Positions 63,060 to 64,000 of a stretch of DNA of 64,000 bases are shown here, in pieces. The stretch covers positions 160,001 to 224,000 of the forward strand of contig CAVQUB010000011.1 of assembly GCA_963716725.1 (NCBI GenBank), given 5' to 3'. How positions within the stretch are numbered: the stretch's first letter is position 1; each line of letters begins with the position of its first letter. The notes under the pieces were generated by a model that was given only the letters and a program-made list of their open reading frames with translations, had not been told where the DNA came from and ran no database searches. This DNA is from an uncultured delta proteobacterium (GTDB taxonomy: Bacteria; Myxococcota_A; Polyangia; Polyangiales; Polyangiaceae). A program made the position numbers and the translations under genes.

Positions 63060-63587
63060 TCACCCCCGCGCGGCCCCGGTCACCCGCGGCAGAATTTCCA
63101 CGAAATTGCAGGGACGCGTCCGGGCGTCGAGCTGCGGCAGGAGGATCTTCTCGAGGGCCAGACGACAGGCCCCGGTCGAGCCGGGCAGCGTGAACACCAG
63201 AGTGGTCCCGCACAGCGCCGCCTCGCTGCGCGACTGGATGGTCGAGGCGCCGATCTCGGCGTAGCTGAGCCAACGGAACAGCTCACCGAAGCCCGGCAGG
63301 GATTTGGTCACCAGCGGCGCGAGCGCGTCCGGGGTGACGTCCCGGGCGGTGATGCCGGTGCCTCCGGTGGCCACGACCACGTCGACGTCCGGAGACGCAA
63401 TGAAGCCCTGAAGCTCCGAGCGAATCGCGTCGAGATCGTCGGTGACGATGCGCCGCGCGGCGATGGCGTGACCCGCACCACCAAGATCCGTCGCGAGCAA
63501 TCCTCCGCTGGTATCCGTCTCGAGCGTCCGCGTATCACTCACGGTGAGCACGGCGATCCTGAGGGGCACGAAAACACGTTCCGACAT
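63060..63587 (-). CDS. moaB: Molybdenum cofactor biosynthesis protein B
   Basis: [10 protein letters not shown]...[44 protein letters not shown]. Confidence 0.93.
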   Translation of the reverse strand: MSERVFVPLRIAVLTVSDTRTLETDTSGGLLATDLGGAGHAIAARRIVTDDLDAIRSELQGFIASPDVDVVVATGGTGITARDVTPDALAPLVTKSLPGFGELFRWLSYAEIGASTIQSRSEAALCGTTLVFTLPGSTGACRLALEKILLPQLDARTRPCNFVEILPRVTGAARG

Positions 63588-63656
63588 GCCGACCACCGTA
63601 GCGCAGGTGCCCCCGGTCGTCCGGTACCGCCTCGAGATGGTATAAGCTGCCCCCCC

Positions 63657-64000
63657 ATGCAGCCCCCCTGGCAACCCCAGCTCCCGCAGGCAGCCCCCGC
63701 CGAGTACTTATCCCCGGGGCCTTCCCACGAAGCCGGCGTCAGCGCGCTGCGGGCGGTCAAGGCGGTTTTCGCCGATCAGAACATCAAGAACAACCTGCTG
63801 ATCGGCATCGTCTTCATGCTGATCCCCATCGTGGGGCCCCTGGCGATGTCGGGTTGGATGTGCGAAGCGCACCAGCGCCTGCTCCGGCGTCACCCGAATC
63901 CGATGCCGAAGATCGACTTTGGCGATTTCGGGGATTACATCAAGCGCGGCCTGCCGGTGTTCTTGTCGTCGCTGATCATCACGCTGCCGGTAATCTTCAT
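63657..64000 (+). CDS. DUF4013-like membrane protein, partial
   Basis: Manual translation: ...[22 protein letters not shown]...[17 protein letters not shown]...; runs off window. Confidence 0.65.
   Translation, partial: MQPPWQPQLPQAAPAEYLSPGPSHEAGVSALRAVKAVFADQNIKNNLLIGIVFMLIPIVGPLAMSGWMCEAHQRLLRRHPNPMPKIDFGDFGDYIKRGLPVFLSSLIITLPVIF

Overview
High-GC genomic window that looks myxobacterial (Polyangiales-like; inferred from Cys-rich lipoproteins, giant TPR proteins, VWA lipoprotein and a sigma54 enhancer-binding protein). Scattered single-base frameshifts suggest an imperfectly polished long-read assembly. Housekeeping and envelope genes: GT4/LtaS-like/GT2/TamB cluster, dnaG-rpoD, a two-component pair, alpha-2-macroglobulin plus pbpC, a Cys/Met PLP enzyme, rpsU and moaB. 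No rRNA, tRNA or CRISPR array was seen. Four items stand out. (1) A lipoprotein / ECF sigma / ZAS anti-sigma / secreted caspase-beta-barrel operon in which anti-sigma and caspase share a T-R-x-K-G motif, a candidate cleavage site. (2) An internally deleted IS630-type element with intact terminal IRs that carries a GxxExxY nuclease gene bounded by its own 37-bp inverted repeats. (3) A sigma54 activator lacking a regulatory domain, flanked by two -24/-12 promoters, one driving a stand-alone pseudo-receiver. (4) Two giant TPR proteins ending in apparent dead M48-like domains, divergent from an operon with an intact M48-TerB protease coupled to a COG0523 metallochaperone. All family calls come from motif recognition by eye; no searches were run.
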